Shown here piece by piece: positions 9,501 through 17,189 of a DNA stretch of 44,502 nt (the stretch's first letter is position 1; each line of letters begins with the position of its first letter). The DNA is from Chromatiaceae bacterium. GTDB lineage: Bacteria; Pseudomonadota; Gammaproteobacteria; Chromatiales; Chromatiaceae. The DNA lies in NCBI GenBank assembly GCA_041307365.1, contig JBFZDM010000058.1:1-44502 (forward strand), read 5' to 3'. The translations under genes were made by a program, and so were the position numbers. Below the pieces are notes generated by a model. It saw only the letters and a list, made by a program, of their open reading frames with translations. It was not told where the DNA came from and searched no databases.

Positions 9501-11573
9501 ATGACGAGCGGACGGGACGAAGGGAAGCTCTACGAGCAGTACCGCGCCGGCTTGGCTCTGGCCTGGCCGGACGGTCACGTCATCTTCGTCTCCAGCACCA
9601 ACGGCAACGACGGGAACGACGGCGAGTATCCTTGGCGCGCGCTGAAGACTCTGGCGCGTGCCGAGGCCGTTGCCACGGCTGGAGACACGATTATCCTGGA
9701 GCCGGGCGGATCCGAGACCTTGACGGCTGGGATCACGCTCAATGTGGATCATGTCAAGATCGTCTGCCCCGTGGCCAATCCGCGCCAGGGCTACAAGCTG
9801 ACCGGGTCTGGAGCGCTGGACCTTCTGGCGATCAGCTCCGACGATTGCCATGTCGAGGGCCTGTGGTTCTACCCGTCGGCCGGCACGACTCACAGCGCGG
9901 CTGGGATCCAGCTCGCGGCGGGGGCCGATCGGGCTGTGATCAAGAACTGCCTCTTCGACAACACCGCCATCACCACGACCTACCAGGGTTGGGGCGTTGA
10001 GCTGGTCGGCGCGGTCGTGGACACGGTCATCGACGGGTGCGAGTTCCGCGATTGCATGTACGGTGTGACTTGGTTGACCGGGACAAGCGACACCGTGATG
10101 CGGACCAAGATCAAGGATTGTCTGTTCTATGTCGGGCAAACCGCGGCCTTCGGTGTTGGGTCTCAGATCACGGGATCCGGCGCGATCCAGGGCGTCGTCC
10201 TGGACGGTTGCTCGTTCGTGGAGGCCAAGGGTTCTGGCGCGGCTGCGGCTGCTGCCTGGAACGGCTCGACTGGCGCCGACGCGACCCGTGGCCCTATCCT
10301 GTTCGAAGCCGGTGTCGATCAGTTCCTCGTGCAGAACTGCCGGGCGTATACGGCGCTGGCACAGGCGTTCTCGACCTTGAACGCGATCAACGCGGGCGCG
10401 GCCGGCGACTTGGTGAATTGCGCCTCCGGCGTGGGCTCTGACACGACGGCGGCGGTGGATAGCGTGGGCGTGGTGGCCAGCGGCGGGATGTCGGCGGCTG
10501 TCAGTGCGGCGTCTGGGGTGGCGTCTCTCGGGACCAGCAACAGCACGGCGAACAGCTCTACCCTGTCTGTGGCGACCTCGGCCTATTCCGGGATTGTCAG
10601 CCTGGCGACGAGCAATAGTGGAGCCCACAGCTCTACCCTGTCCGTGGCGACCTCGGCCATGTCCGGGATCGTCAGCCTCGCAACCTCGAACGCCCTGTCG
10701 CATAGCTCTTCGCTGTCGGCGGTTGTCTCGACGGGGTCGGGCGTGGTGAGCTTGGCTGCCTCGAATACTCTATCGCACAGCTCCACCCTCAGCGCGGTGG
10801 CGTCTGCGGGCTCTGGTGTGGTGAGTCTCGCGACCTCGAATGCCCTATCACATTCGTCCTCGTTGAGCGCGGTTGTCAGCCTGGCCACGAGCAACGCCCT
10901 GAGTCACAGCTCTAGCCTGAGTGCGGTTGTCTCGACGGGGTCGGGTGTGGTGAGCTTGGCGGCGTCGAATACTCTATCGCATAGCTCTAGCCTTAGCGCG
11001 ATCGTTTCGACGGGGTCGGGCATCGTGTCCTATGCCGCCAGCGGCAGCGCGGCGCACAGTTCTACCCTGAGCGTGGCCACCTCTGCCATGTCCGGGATCG
11101 TCAGCATGGCTACGAGCACTAGCGTTGCCTTCTCGGCGAGCTTGGTCCAGCAGACCAAGGCCGGGCGCTGGGTCGCGGTTAAGGATACCATGGCTGATAC
11201 CGACATGGGGAACAACGCGCAGCAAGCCCAGGGTGCCTTCGCCACGGCCACAGGCGGGGATGTGATGATCGAGGAGATCATCTTCCAGAAGGACGGGACG
11301 GCCTTGGACGGTTGCACGAACATCGAGGTAACGTGCGACAACGTCAACGGGCCGACCGGCGCCACCAACTTGATGGCGAACGTCAAGGCAGGGCTTGCCG
11401 CGAATCTGAAGCTCCTGGCCACGGCGGGCGGGGTGACAGCCTTCACGCGGATGGTTCTCGAGTCTGGCAAGAAGCTCTATGCGCAGGGCAACGACGGGGC
11501 GCCGACCGATGCCGGGGCAACGGTCATCTATACCTACGGTATGGCCATGACCGATGGCGCGTATCTGGCCTAG
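9501..11573 (+). CDS. Right-handed beta-helix (pectate-lyase-like) protein with a central Ser-rich 25-aa repeat array; fibre or spike-like
   Basis: N-terminus VFVSSTNGNDGNDGEYPWRALKTLARAEAVATAGDTIILEPG (DUF1565/beta-helix pattern). About 8.5 repeats of SGIVSLATSNALSHSSSLSAVVSTG. AGGAGG RBS. Confidence 0.7.
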   Translation: MTSGRDEGKLYEQYRAGLALAWPDGHVIFVSSTNGNDGNDGEYPWRALKTLARAEAVATAGDTIILEPGGSETLTAGITLNVDHVKIVCPVANPRQGYKLTGSGALDLLAISSDDCHVEGLWFYPSAGTTHSAAGIQLAAGADRAVIKNCLFDNTAITTTYQGWGVELVGAVVDTVIDGCEFRDCMYGVTWLTGTSDTVMRTKIKDCLFYVGQTAAFGVGSQITGSGAIQGVVLDGCSFVEAKGSGAAAAAAWNGSTGADATRGPILFEAGVDQFLVQNCRAYTALAQAFSTLNAINAGAAGDLVNCASGVGSDTTAAVDSVGVVASGGMSAAVSAASGVASLGTSNSTANSSTLSVATSAYSGIVSLATSNSGAHSSTLSVATSAMSGIVSLATSNALSHSSSLSAVVSTGSGVVSLAASNTLSHSSTLSAVASAGSGVVSLATSNALSHSSSLSAVVSLATSNALSHSSSLSAVVSTGSGVVSLAASNTLSHSSSLSAIVSTGSGIVSYAASGSAAHSSTLSVATSAMSGIVSMATSTSVAFSASLVQQTKAGRWVAVKDTMADTDMGNNAQQAQGAFATATGGDVMIEEIIFQKDGTALDGCTNIEVTCDNVNGPTGATNLMANVKAGLAANLKLLATAGGVTAFTRMVLESGKKLYAQGNDGAPTDAGATVIYTYGMAMTDGAYLA
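10512..11147 (+). repeat. In-frame tandem repeat, 75-nt (25-aa) unit, about 8.5 copies, with one 18-aa partial duplication
   Basis: Read directly from the translation (aa 338-549). The units are conserved at the protein level but heavily recoded at synonymous sites. Confidence 0.85.
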
Positions 11574-11574
11574 T

Positions 11575-11613
11575 AGCGGGCACCGGTGGCGGGGTTCGAT
11601 TCCCCGGCCCGCT
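11575..11613 (+). other. tRNA-like minihelix: acceptor stem plus T-arm, with no D-arm or anticodon arm
   Basis: AGCGGGC-accggtgg-CGGGG-TTCGATT-CCCCG-GCCCGCT. It has a 7-bp acceptor-like stem and a canonical T-loop, and starts 2 nt after the stop codon of the 9501-11573 gene. Confidence 0.6.
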
Positions 11614-11650
11614 GTTGTTCTGTGGCGTCTAACACAGGAGGGTAGAGGGC

Positions 11651-11881
11651 ATGACGGATCAACAGTTCGCAACGTTCCTCGATTGGTGCGCGTCCAGCCG
11701 GTTCATCGACTTCGGCCACCAAATCAAGATGGCCGAACTCCTGGTCAAAGGCGGGCATTGGGACGTGTCGCTCAAGAGCGCGCCGTCTCAGATGCTCCTT
11801 CGCCAAGCAGATGGGACGTTCACTCATCGAGACTCAGAGGCTTGCAGGGCAGCCGCCGCGGCCGGGGTGCGGAAAATATGA
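11651..11881 (+). CDS. Hypothetical protein
   Basis: 76-aa ORF with an AGGAGGG RBS and an ATGA overlap with the downstream glycosyltransferase. Confidence 0.55.
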   Translation: MTDQQFATFLDWCASSRFIDFGHQIKMAELLVKGGHWDVSLKSAPSQMLLRQADGTFTHRDSEACRAAAAAGVRKI

Positions 11882-12960
11882 AGGTCATCCATTGGGCGCC
11901 GTTCGCGCCGTTCCGCTGCGGCCTGTACGAGGCCGCCCGAGACATGGCCCACGCGGACGCGATCGCGGGCCATGACGTGAAGTTCTGCGACCTCGGCGTC
12001 CCCGAGGGCCGAGACAAGCCACGGCCCCAGGGCGACCCAGAGCAGCTCGGGGGCAAGATCGACGACCGCGCGGGTTGGCAGCTGGTGACGAGCGGCTGGG
12101 CCTGTAGCCATGACGCGGACTTGTGGATCTGCCACGACGGTATCCCAAGCTGGGTCAGCGAGCGCAACCTTGTTCCGCAGCTCTGGATCGTACACGGTAG
12201 GCCGATCTACTCATGGAGGCTCGAAGTGTTCGGTGGTTGGCCAGGCGCGTTCTCACTGCATACGGATCTGGCCCTACGCCGCCGCACGTTCGGCTTCGTC
12301 ACAATGTGGCCAGAGCTCGTTCCGGTCTGGAGCTCTATGAGTGCCGGCAAGCTCCGGTGCATTGACCATCCATGTCTGGACTTGGCGCGCTACAGCCACG
12401 ACGGGCCGAAGTACGAGATCAAGAAGGAGTCCCGCGGCGAGTTGAACATCCTGATCTGTGATACCGAGCGGGAAGACATCGGTTGTCTGGAGGTTGCTAC
12501 CGCCGCCCTTGAGGCCGCGCGCTCGGCGCCCGGGCGGGTCAAGGTGCATTTCTGGGCGATCGAGGAAAAACATGGGCCGGCCTGGCAACCCATGTTCCAG
12601 CTGCTGCGGCAGTGCAACGGGCTCGGCGAGATCCATGGGCGCGAGCCAGACATCGAGAAGGTGTTCCGCGCCATGGACGTGATGGCCAGCCCTCACCGGA
12701 TCGGCACGCGCACGCTTCTCGAGGCGCTGGCCTGCGGCCTCGAGGTGGTGTCCGATACCGAGTGCAGGTATACGCGATACCAGGCCGACCCGAGGCACAC
12801 GGCGGACTATACCGCCGAGCTGTTGCGGGCCATGGATCAGCGCCGGTCGCCGGAAGAGATGCGCCGCCCGTTGGAGCCCTGCGGCCTTGGCCCGTTCGGG
12901 GCGCGCATGAGCAAGATCTACGACGCGGTGTTGCACCGGGAGGCGACACATGCCGTATAG
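11878..12960 (+). CDS. GT-B fold glycosyltransferase (GT1/GT4-like)
   Basis: C-terminal signature VFRAMDVMASPHRIGTRTLLEALACGLEVVS matches the GT4 pattern xPSxxExfGxxxlEAmAxGxPVv. The internal ATG at 11878 overlaps the upstream stop. Confidence 0.7.
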   Translation: MKVIHWAPFAPFRCGLYEAARDMAHADAIAGHDVKFCDLGVPEGRDKPRPQGDPEQLGGKIDDRAGWQLVTSGWACSHDADLWICHDGIPSWVSERNLVPQLWIVHGRPIYSWRLEVFGGWPGAFSLHTDLALRRRTFGFVTMWPELVPVWSSMSAGKLRCIDHPCLDLARYSHDGPKYEIKKESRGELNILICDTEREDIGCLEVATAALEAARSAPGRVKVHFWAIEEKHGPAWQPMFQLLRQCNGLGEIHGREPDIEKVFRAMDVMASPHRIGTRTLLEALACGLEVVSDTECRYTRYQADPRHTADYTAELLRAMDQRRSPEEMRRPLEPCGLGPFGARMSKIYDAVLHREATHAV

Positions 12961-13561
12961 CGACAACACCGCGCACCCGGCATTTGTGGCCGCTCTCAAG
13001 GGAATGGTTGACCCAGGCGCCGCGCATACTTTTTTGGACTGCGGCGTAGGCGCCGGCTGGACGGCGGTACTGATCCGGCAGGCGTGCCCCGAGGCACGGA
13101 TCACAGGGCTTGAGATCTACGCGCCGTATGTCCTGGACACCGCCAAGCGGGCCGAGGTCGAGGCAGAGTGTGGTCTATACCATCATCTGTACGAGTCGAT
13201 GATCGTCGGCCGGTTGGGCGACTTCCGGGCGTTCCTGCCGGAGCAGGCCAGCGGGTCATTCGACTTCGTGGTGTTCGGGGACAGCTTGGAGCACGTCGCC
13301 CGGTCCGAGGGTGAGGAGGCGCTAGCCGCTGCGCAGGCCGTTGCCCGGCGGGCGGTCGTGGCCGTGGTCCCGTCAGTGCGGCGGATCGAGGGCCAAGACT
13401 ACGCGTTGACTCAGGGCACTGCATTCGGGAACCAGCACGAGGCACACCTGGCGCACTGGTGGCCGAAGCAGCTGGAGGCGCTTGGCGGGCGGGCGGCCGG
13501 CCATGGGCAGTTTGCGACCGTCTATGTGTGGGAGAATCAACGCGCGGTGGTCTACCGGTAG
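12950..13561 (+). CDS. Class I SAM-dependent methyltransferase
   Basis: Motif I LDCGVGAG, post-I ITGLEI and FDFVVFGDSLEHV. Confidence 0.75.
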   Translation: MPYSDNTAHPAFVAALKGMVDPGAAHTFLDCGVGAGWTAVLIRQACPEARITGLEIYAPYVLDTAKRAEVEAECGLYHHLYESMIVGRLGDFRAFLPEQASGSFDFVVFGDSLEHVARSEGEEALAAAQAVARRAVVAVVPSVRRIEGQDYALTQGTAFGNQHEAHLAHWWPKQLEALGGRAAGHGQFATVYVWENQRAVVYR

Positions 13562-13612
13562 GACGGGGGCTTCATGCGCCCCAGATAGCCGGTTCGATTC
13601 CGGCCCGCGCAA
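13541..13612 (+). tRNA. tRNA-Met (anticodon CAT); could also be an Ile2-type CAU tRNA
   Basis: Hand-folded cloverleaf: acceptor CGCGCGG/CCGCGCA (C1-A72 mismatch), D-arm GTCT-ACCGGTA-GGAC, anticodon arm GGGGC-TTCATGC-GCCCC, variable loop AGATA, T-arm GCCGG-TTCGATT-CCGGC. No CCA is encoded. Overlaps the last 21 nt of the methyltransferase CDS. Confidence 0.75.
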
Positions 13613-13627
13613 TAGGAGATCGGCCCC

Positions 13628-13996
13628 ATGATTTGTCTCGATTTCGACGGCGTCATTCATGACTACGCGGCGTCTAGCCGGGCCGATATTCCGGACGGGC
13701 CGCCGATCCACGGCGCAATCGAGGCGCTGAAGGAGATCGGCGAGTTCATTGTCTGGACCTCGCGGCCCGAGAGCCAGGCTGACGGCGTGCGAGCGTGGCT
13801 GATGTCGCGTGGTCTCGCGGCCACTGTGTCAGCTTGCAAGCCCACGGCGCTAGTGTACGTTGACGACCGCGCTCTACGATTTTCCGGGTCATGGGAAGAA
13901 ACTAAGCGCGCGCTGGCCAGCCCGGCCATGCTGCGGCCCTGGTGGTCGAAGCCGTTGCGAAAGTTCGTGCGGTTCGTTACGCCGCGGAGGCTGTGA
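13628..13996 (+). CDS. HAD-superfamily phosphatase-like protein
   Basis: Motif I LDFDGVIH, motif II VWTSRP and motifs III/IV CKPTALVYVDDR. AGGAGA RBS. Confidence 0.65.
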   Translation: MICLDFDGVIHDYAASSRADIPDGPPIHGAIEALKEIGEFIVWTSRPESQADGVRAWLMSRGLAATVSACKPTALVYVDDRALRFSGSWEETKRALASPAMLRPWWSKPLRKFVRFVTPRRL

Positions 13997-14811
13997 TGGA
14001 CCCGCGTCAGCTACTGCTCCAGATCCGCACCCTGATGCGCGCGCTCGTCTGGACGGGCACGAGCACGAAGGTGTTCGGCTCTGACGGCAGCCAGTTCGAC
14101 GTGGGGCAGTGGTATGCGCTCCTGATCCTCGGCCAGGCTGCCAGCGCGGCGGACTATATCGCGGGCGCGGCGTGGCTCGGCAAGGCCGATTACGACACTG
14201 ATGACCCGCAGCTGTGCGAGCAGGAGCTTCTGATTCGGATCGTGGCCATCCACGCGCTGAACGAGACCTCGGACCCTGGAATAGAGCTCCCGTTGGTAGC
14301 GTGGCGCACTACGAGCCGACAGCCCGGCTTGCTCCAGGTCCAGCAAGAGGTGATGCGCGCGATCAGGTATCTCGGTATCGACGACGCGATCAACATCCAG
14401 CTCCTGGCCACGGCCGATGACGAGCTGGAGCTTGTGCCGGGCGGCTATGCCCGGACCTTGAAATTCCAGGTCTGGTGCAATAGCCTACCCTACTACCCGC
14501 CATGCCGCACGCTGAACGCGACGGCGGCCGGGTCGGGGAATGTCTCCCTGACCTGGGTGCTCCCGCAGGGCACGCGGTACGACCGGGTGGGCCTCGTGCT
14601 CAGGTACGCCGCGGGCTCAACTGCTCCGACGAGTGCAACCGCAGGGACAAGTGGCGGCGTGCTCACGATCAACCAGGCCTCGGCCACGGTGGCAACCGGC
14701 GCCGGGGCGTTTGCGTTCGCGATCTTCGCTTCGTATGACGACGATTGGCCTCTCGACGGAACGGCTGATTCCTACTCGGCATCGGCCACAGACACGGTGA
14801 CGGCAACATGA
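13996..14811 (+). CDS. Virion structural protein with an FN3/Ig-like C-terminal domain
   Basis: The ATG overlaps the upstream TGA. The C-terminus NATAAGSGNVSLTWVLPQGTRYDRVGLVLRYAAGSTAP is FN3-like. Confidence 0.5.
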   Translation: MDPRQLLLQIRTLMRALVWTGTSTKVFGSDGSQFDVGQWYALLILGQAASAADYIAGAAWLGKADYDTDDPQLCEQELLIRIVAIHALNETSDPGIELPLVAWRTTSRQPGLLQVQQEVMRAIRYLGIDDAINIQLLATADDELELVPGGYARTLKFQVWCNSLPYYPPCRTLNATAAGSGNVSLTWVLPQGTRYDRVGLVLRYAAGSTAPTSATAGTSGGVLTINQASATVATGAGAFAFAIFASYDDDWPLDGTADSYSASATDTVTAT

Positions 14812-16079
14812 CGGCTTCAGCGGCAGAGTGTAGGACACAGATCAATAATGCGGTCGCAATCTTCCATGCGATTTACACGGCGATCGAGTCGGGGACAAGC
14901 CTGGTTGGCCTGGTGGACAGCTACGTCCAGGCTCTCGAGACGGCAACGCCCGGGATCGCGGCGCAATTCCCTTCGAGCATGCGCTCGAATCTGGCCGCGC
15001 TGATCTCGCCGAGCGTGGTTGCGGCGGCGTTCGCGCCGCATCTCGAGGACTACGCGGCTGTCCTGGCGGTCCCGTACGAAGGCCCGGAGGCGTTCATCGG
15101 TAGACTCTACAGATACATGTACGACAACTCTGAGGACGTGAATGGGCGCGGGATCAGCTTCGGCACGCCGGCGGCTGCGTCGGCCAATGTCGGGACCGGG
15201 ACGATGTACCGCGTGACCACGGATGCCTATGGGTTCCCGATCGAGAGCGGGATCCTGGCTACCGAGGCCTTCGAGGCGTACTGCGACGTTGACCAGCTCG
15301 GCACCTCGCGGCACGAAGAGAGCTTCACCCTCCGCGGCGGGCCGGCATCACCGGACGGGCTCGAACGGAAGGGCTCGGGGTTGGTGACCACGATCCGGTC
15401 ATTGTCCTGTCGCGACAGCCTCCTCCAGAACGCGGGCTTCGCGGACGGGACTTCGGGATCAGACATCACTAGCTGGACGGTGGCAAGCGGGAGCGTGGCC
15501 AACACAGCTCTCGACACGACGAACGTGTACCGCGGGGCCGAGGGGATTACCGCGACCTCTCTACGCCTGAACACGTCCACCATCAGCCTGCAGCAGAAAA
15601 TCCACACGATCGGGATCGACTTCGATCCCAGTGTACCATATATGTATAGGATCGCGTGGAATCGCTCGGTAGGCACGGGCGCTGGAACTCTAGCTATCGC
15701 GCTCGGCAGCAAGAGCAACAGCGTGGTGGCATCGGCTCAATCCGGGTGGCAGCTCCTGCTCGTTGTCGCGACGCCCGGCCAGAACAACTGGTCCAGGAAC
15801 TTCTACGAGGACGACCTCGACATCACGATTACTTGGACATACACGTCAGGCTACGTCCTGATCGCAGACGCGATCCTAGCCCCGTTCCAGCGACTCGGGA
15901 ATGGGTCGTTCGCGCAAGTCATCGGTGGGGCCACGCCATTCGCCGTCGGCGACAAGTTCACCTGGACGGACACGATTGCCAGCGATTCCAAGGTCCAATT
16001 CTGGCTTCAGCGCGGCTTCCCTGGCCTGTACTTGCCGAGCCAGAGCGATGCTTCTGAGACCTGGACCGACCCATCATGA
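14808..16079 (+). CDS. Hypothetical virion structural protein
   Basis: 423-aa ORF, ATGA-coupled within the late operon. Confidence 0.55.
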   Translation: MTASAAECRTQINNAVAIFHAIYTAIESGTSLVGLVDSYVQALETATPGIAAQFPSSMRSNLAALISPSVVAAAFAPHLEDYAAVLAVPYEGPEAFIGRLYRYMYDNSEDVNGRGISFGTPAAASANVGTGTMYRVTTDAYGFPIESGILATEAFEAYCDVDQLGTSRHEESFTLRGGPASPDGLERKGSGLVTTIRSLSCRDSLLQNAGFADGTSGSDITSWTVASGSVANTALDTTNVYRGAEGITATSLRLNTSTISLQQKIHTIGIDFDPSVPYMYRIAWNRSVGTGAGTLAIALGSKSNSVVASAQSGWQLLLVVATPGQNNWSRNFYEDDLDITITWTYTSGYVLIADAILAPFQRLGNGSFAQVIGGATPFAVGDKFTWTDTIASDSKVQFWLQRGFPGLYLPSQSDASETWTDPS

Positions 16080-16088
16080 GGTGACGCC

Positions 16089-16376
16089 ATGGCGCGACGA
16101 TCGAAGAAGGTGCGGCCGATCACGGACATGTTCAACGATCAGATCTCGGATTTGTCGCCGATCACGCAGCAGATCGCGGACGCCATCGTGGCGGCGCACT
16201 CCAAGGATCTGTGGCCCAGCTCCAAGCTCGTCGGGAAAGGGTTGAAAAAAAAGGTCAAGGTTACCCGGGTGATGAAAAAGCACAAGGTCGCCTACCCCAA
16301 CCCGCAGCTGTTGCGATTGACGGCAGAGGACATACAGATAGCGGTCGATCTATTGACGGAGCACGTCAGTGAGTAG
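16089..16376 (+). CDS. Hypothetical small basic protein
   Basis: 95-aa ORF with a GAGGTGA RBS. Contains an A8 run at 16245-16252. Confidence 0.5.
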   Translation: MARRSKKVRPITDMFNDQISDLSPITQQIADAIVAAHSKDLWPSSKLVGKGLKKKVKVTRVMKKHKVAYPNPQLLRLTAEDIQIAVDLLTEHVSE

Positions 16377-16926
16377 CGCCAATGCGGCCCGCATGGTGTT
16401 CAACGGGGGAACGATCATCATCACCCCGACCAACCTGTCGGCGGCGTCGCCGTATGGCGGCACCGTGCTGGGCTCGTGCAAGGAGAACATACTACGGCGT
16501 ACCGAGCGGAGCTTCGTGGTGTCGTGCCCGGCCGACTTCGGGGCGGGGCAGCCGGTCGAGCGGATCAGGCTCGGTACGGCGTGGGCAATGACAGCCAGTT
16601 TCCGCACCTGGGACAACGACCAGGTCTCGACGCTGTTCCCGCTTACTGCCACGGGATCCAGCGGGCTCAAGTATGTGGCCGAGTTGGGCTCGACATACGC
16701 CGGCGACAAGGGCACCGCTCGGGCGGTCAAGGTACTCTATGCGCCCGACAACCCGAAGGCGCACCCGGCCATTCTATTCCTCTCGGCGATCCCGGTCCTG
16801 GCCGATGACGCCGAAATCAAGCTAGACTACATCGACGAGATGATGCTTCCGGGCGTGTTCCTGGCGTTGCCGGCGTCGAGCGGGAACTCAGTACAGATGG
16901 GCCTGTTGGAGGATTTGACGCTGTGA
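16369..16926 (+). CDS. Virion structural protein (possible tail tube)
   Basis: 185 aa, beta-rich, GTG start overlapping the upstream stop. The call rests on position only. Confidence 0.4.
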   Translation: MSSANAARMVFNGGTIIITPTNLSAASPYGGTVLGSCKENILRRTERSFVVSCPADFGAGQPVERIRLGTAWAMTASFRTWDNDQVSTLFPLTATGSSGLKYVAELGSTYAGDKGTARAVKVLYAPDNPKAHPAILFLSAIPVLADDAEIKLDYIDEMMLPGVFLALPASSGNSVQMGLLEDLTL

Positions 16927-17189
16927 CCGAGACCGCAGACGACATCATGGTTCTGGCCGCCCGTAGCGGGCTGGTGCGGCTCAGCCTCAACGATTGGCTG
17001 GAGTTGCGCCCTGACCAGCGCGCGCGACTCGCGGAACTCGGAGAGCAGGCACAGATCGGGCGTACTGTCGCGGCGCTGGCTGCGTGCCTGCAGGCCATAC
17101 TCGCGCCCGCGCCCGCGCACGGGATGACTCGAGAGCAGAGGATAGCGGCCATGGATCGGCGGCTAGAGGAGGCGTTGAGCCATGGCTAA
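16923..17189 (+). CDS. Hypothetical protein (occupies a chaperone-like position)
   Basis: 88 aa with a GTGA overlap upstream. Confidence 0.45.
   Translation: MTETADDIMVLAARSGLVRLSLNDWLELRPDQRARLAELGEQAQIGRTVAALAACLQAILAPAPAHGMTREQRIAAMDRRLEEALSHG

Noticed and set aside
6763-9501. A 912-aa ORF on the minus strand, the longest after the 1590-aa fibre ORF
   Set aside because: It runs antisense to the protease, decoration and capsid genes, which have clear family motifs and RBSs. Its composition is Arg/Gly/Ala/Pro-rich low complexity, as expected for a stop-free antisense frame in high-GC DNA.
10512-11147. Regular 75-nt periodic repeats that could be mistaken for a CRISPR array
   Set aside because: The repeats are contiguous with no unique spacers. 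They are in frame within a long CDS, conserved at the amino-acid level rather than the nucleotide level, and no cas genes are present.
11575-11613. The tRNA-like element as a phage attachment site (attP core)
   Set aside because: No integrase or recombinase gene is present in the window. An attP remnant would also not include the 5' acceptor strand directly abutting the T-arm. It remains a minor alternative.
16245-16252. An A8 run forming the dnaX-type slippery heptamer A_AAA_AAG in frame within the 95-aa ORF
   Set aside because: The -1 frame terminates at 16370-16372, essentially where the zero frame ends (16376). A shift would therefore give no extension or fusion. There is no downstream stimulatory structure that I could see.
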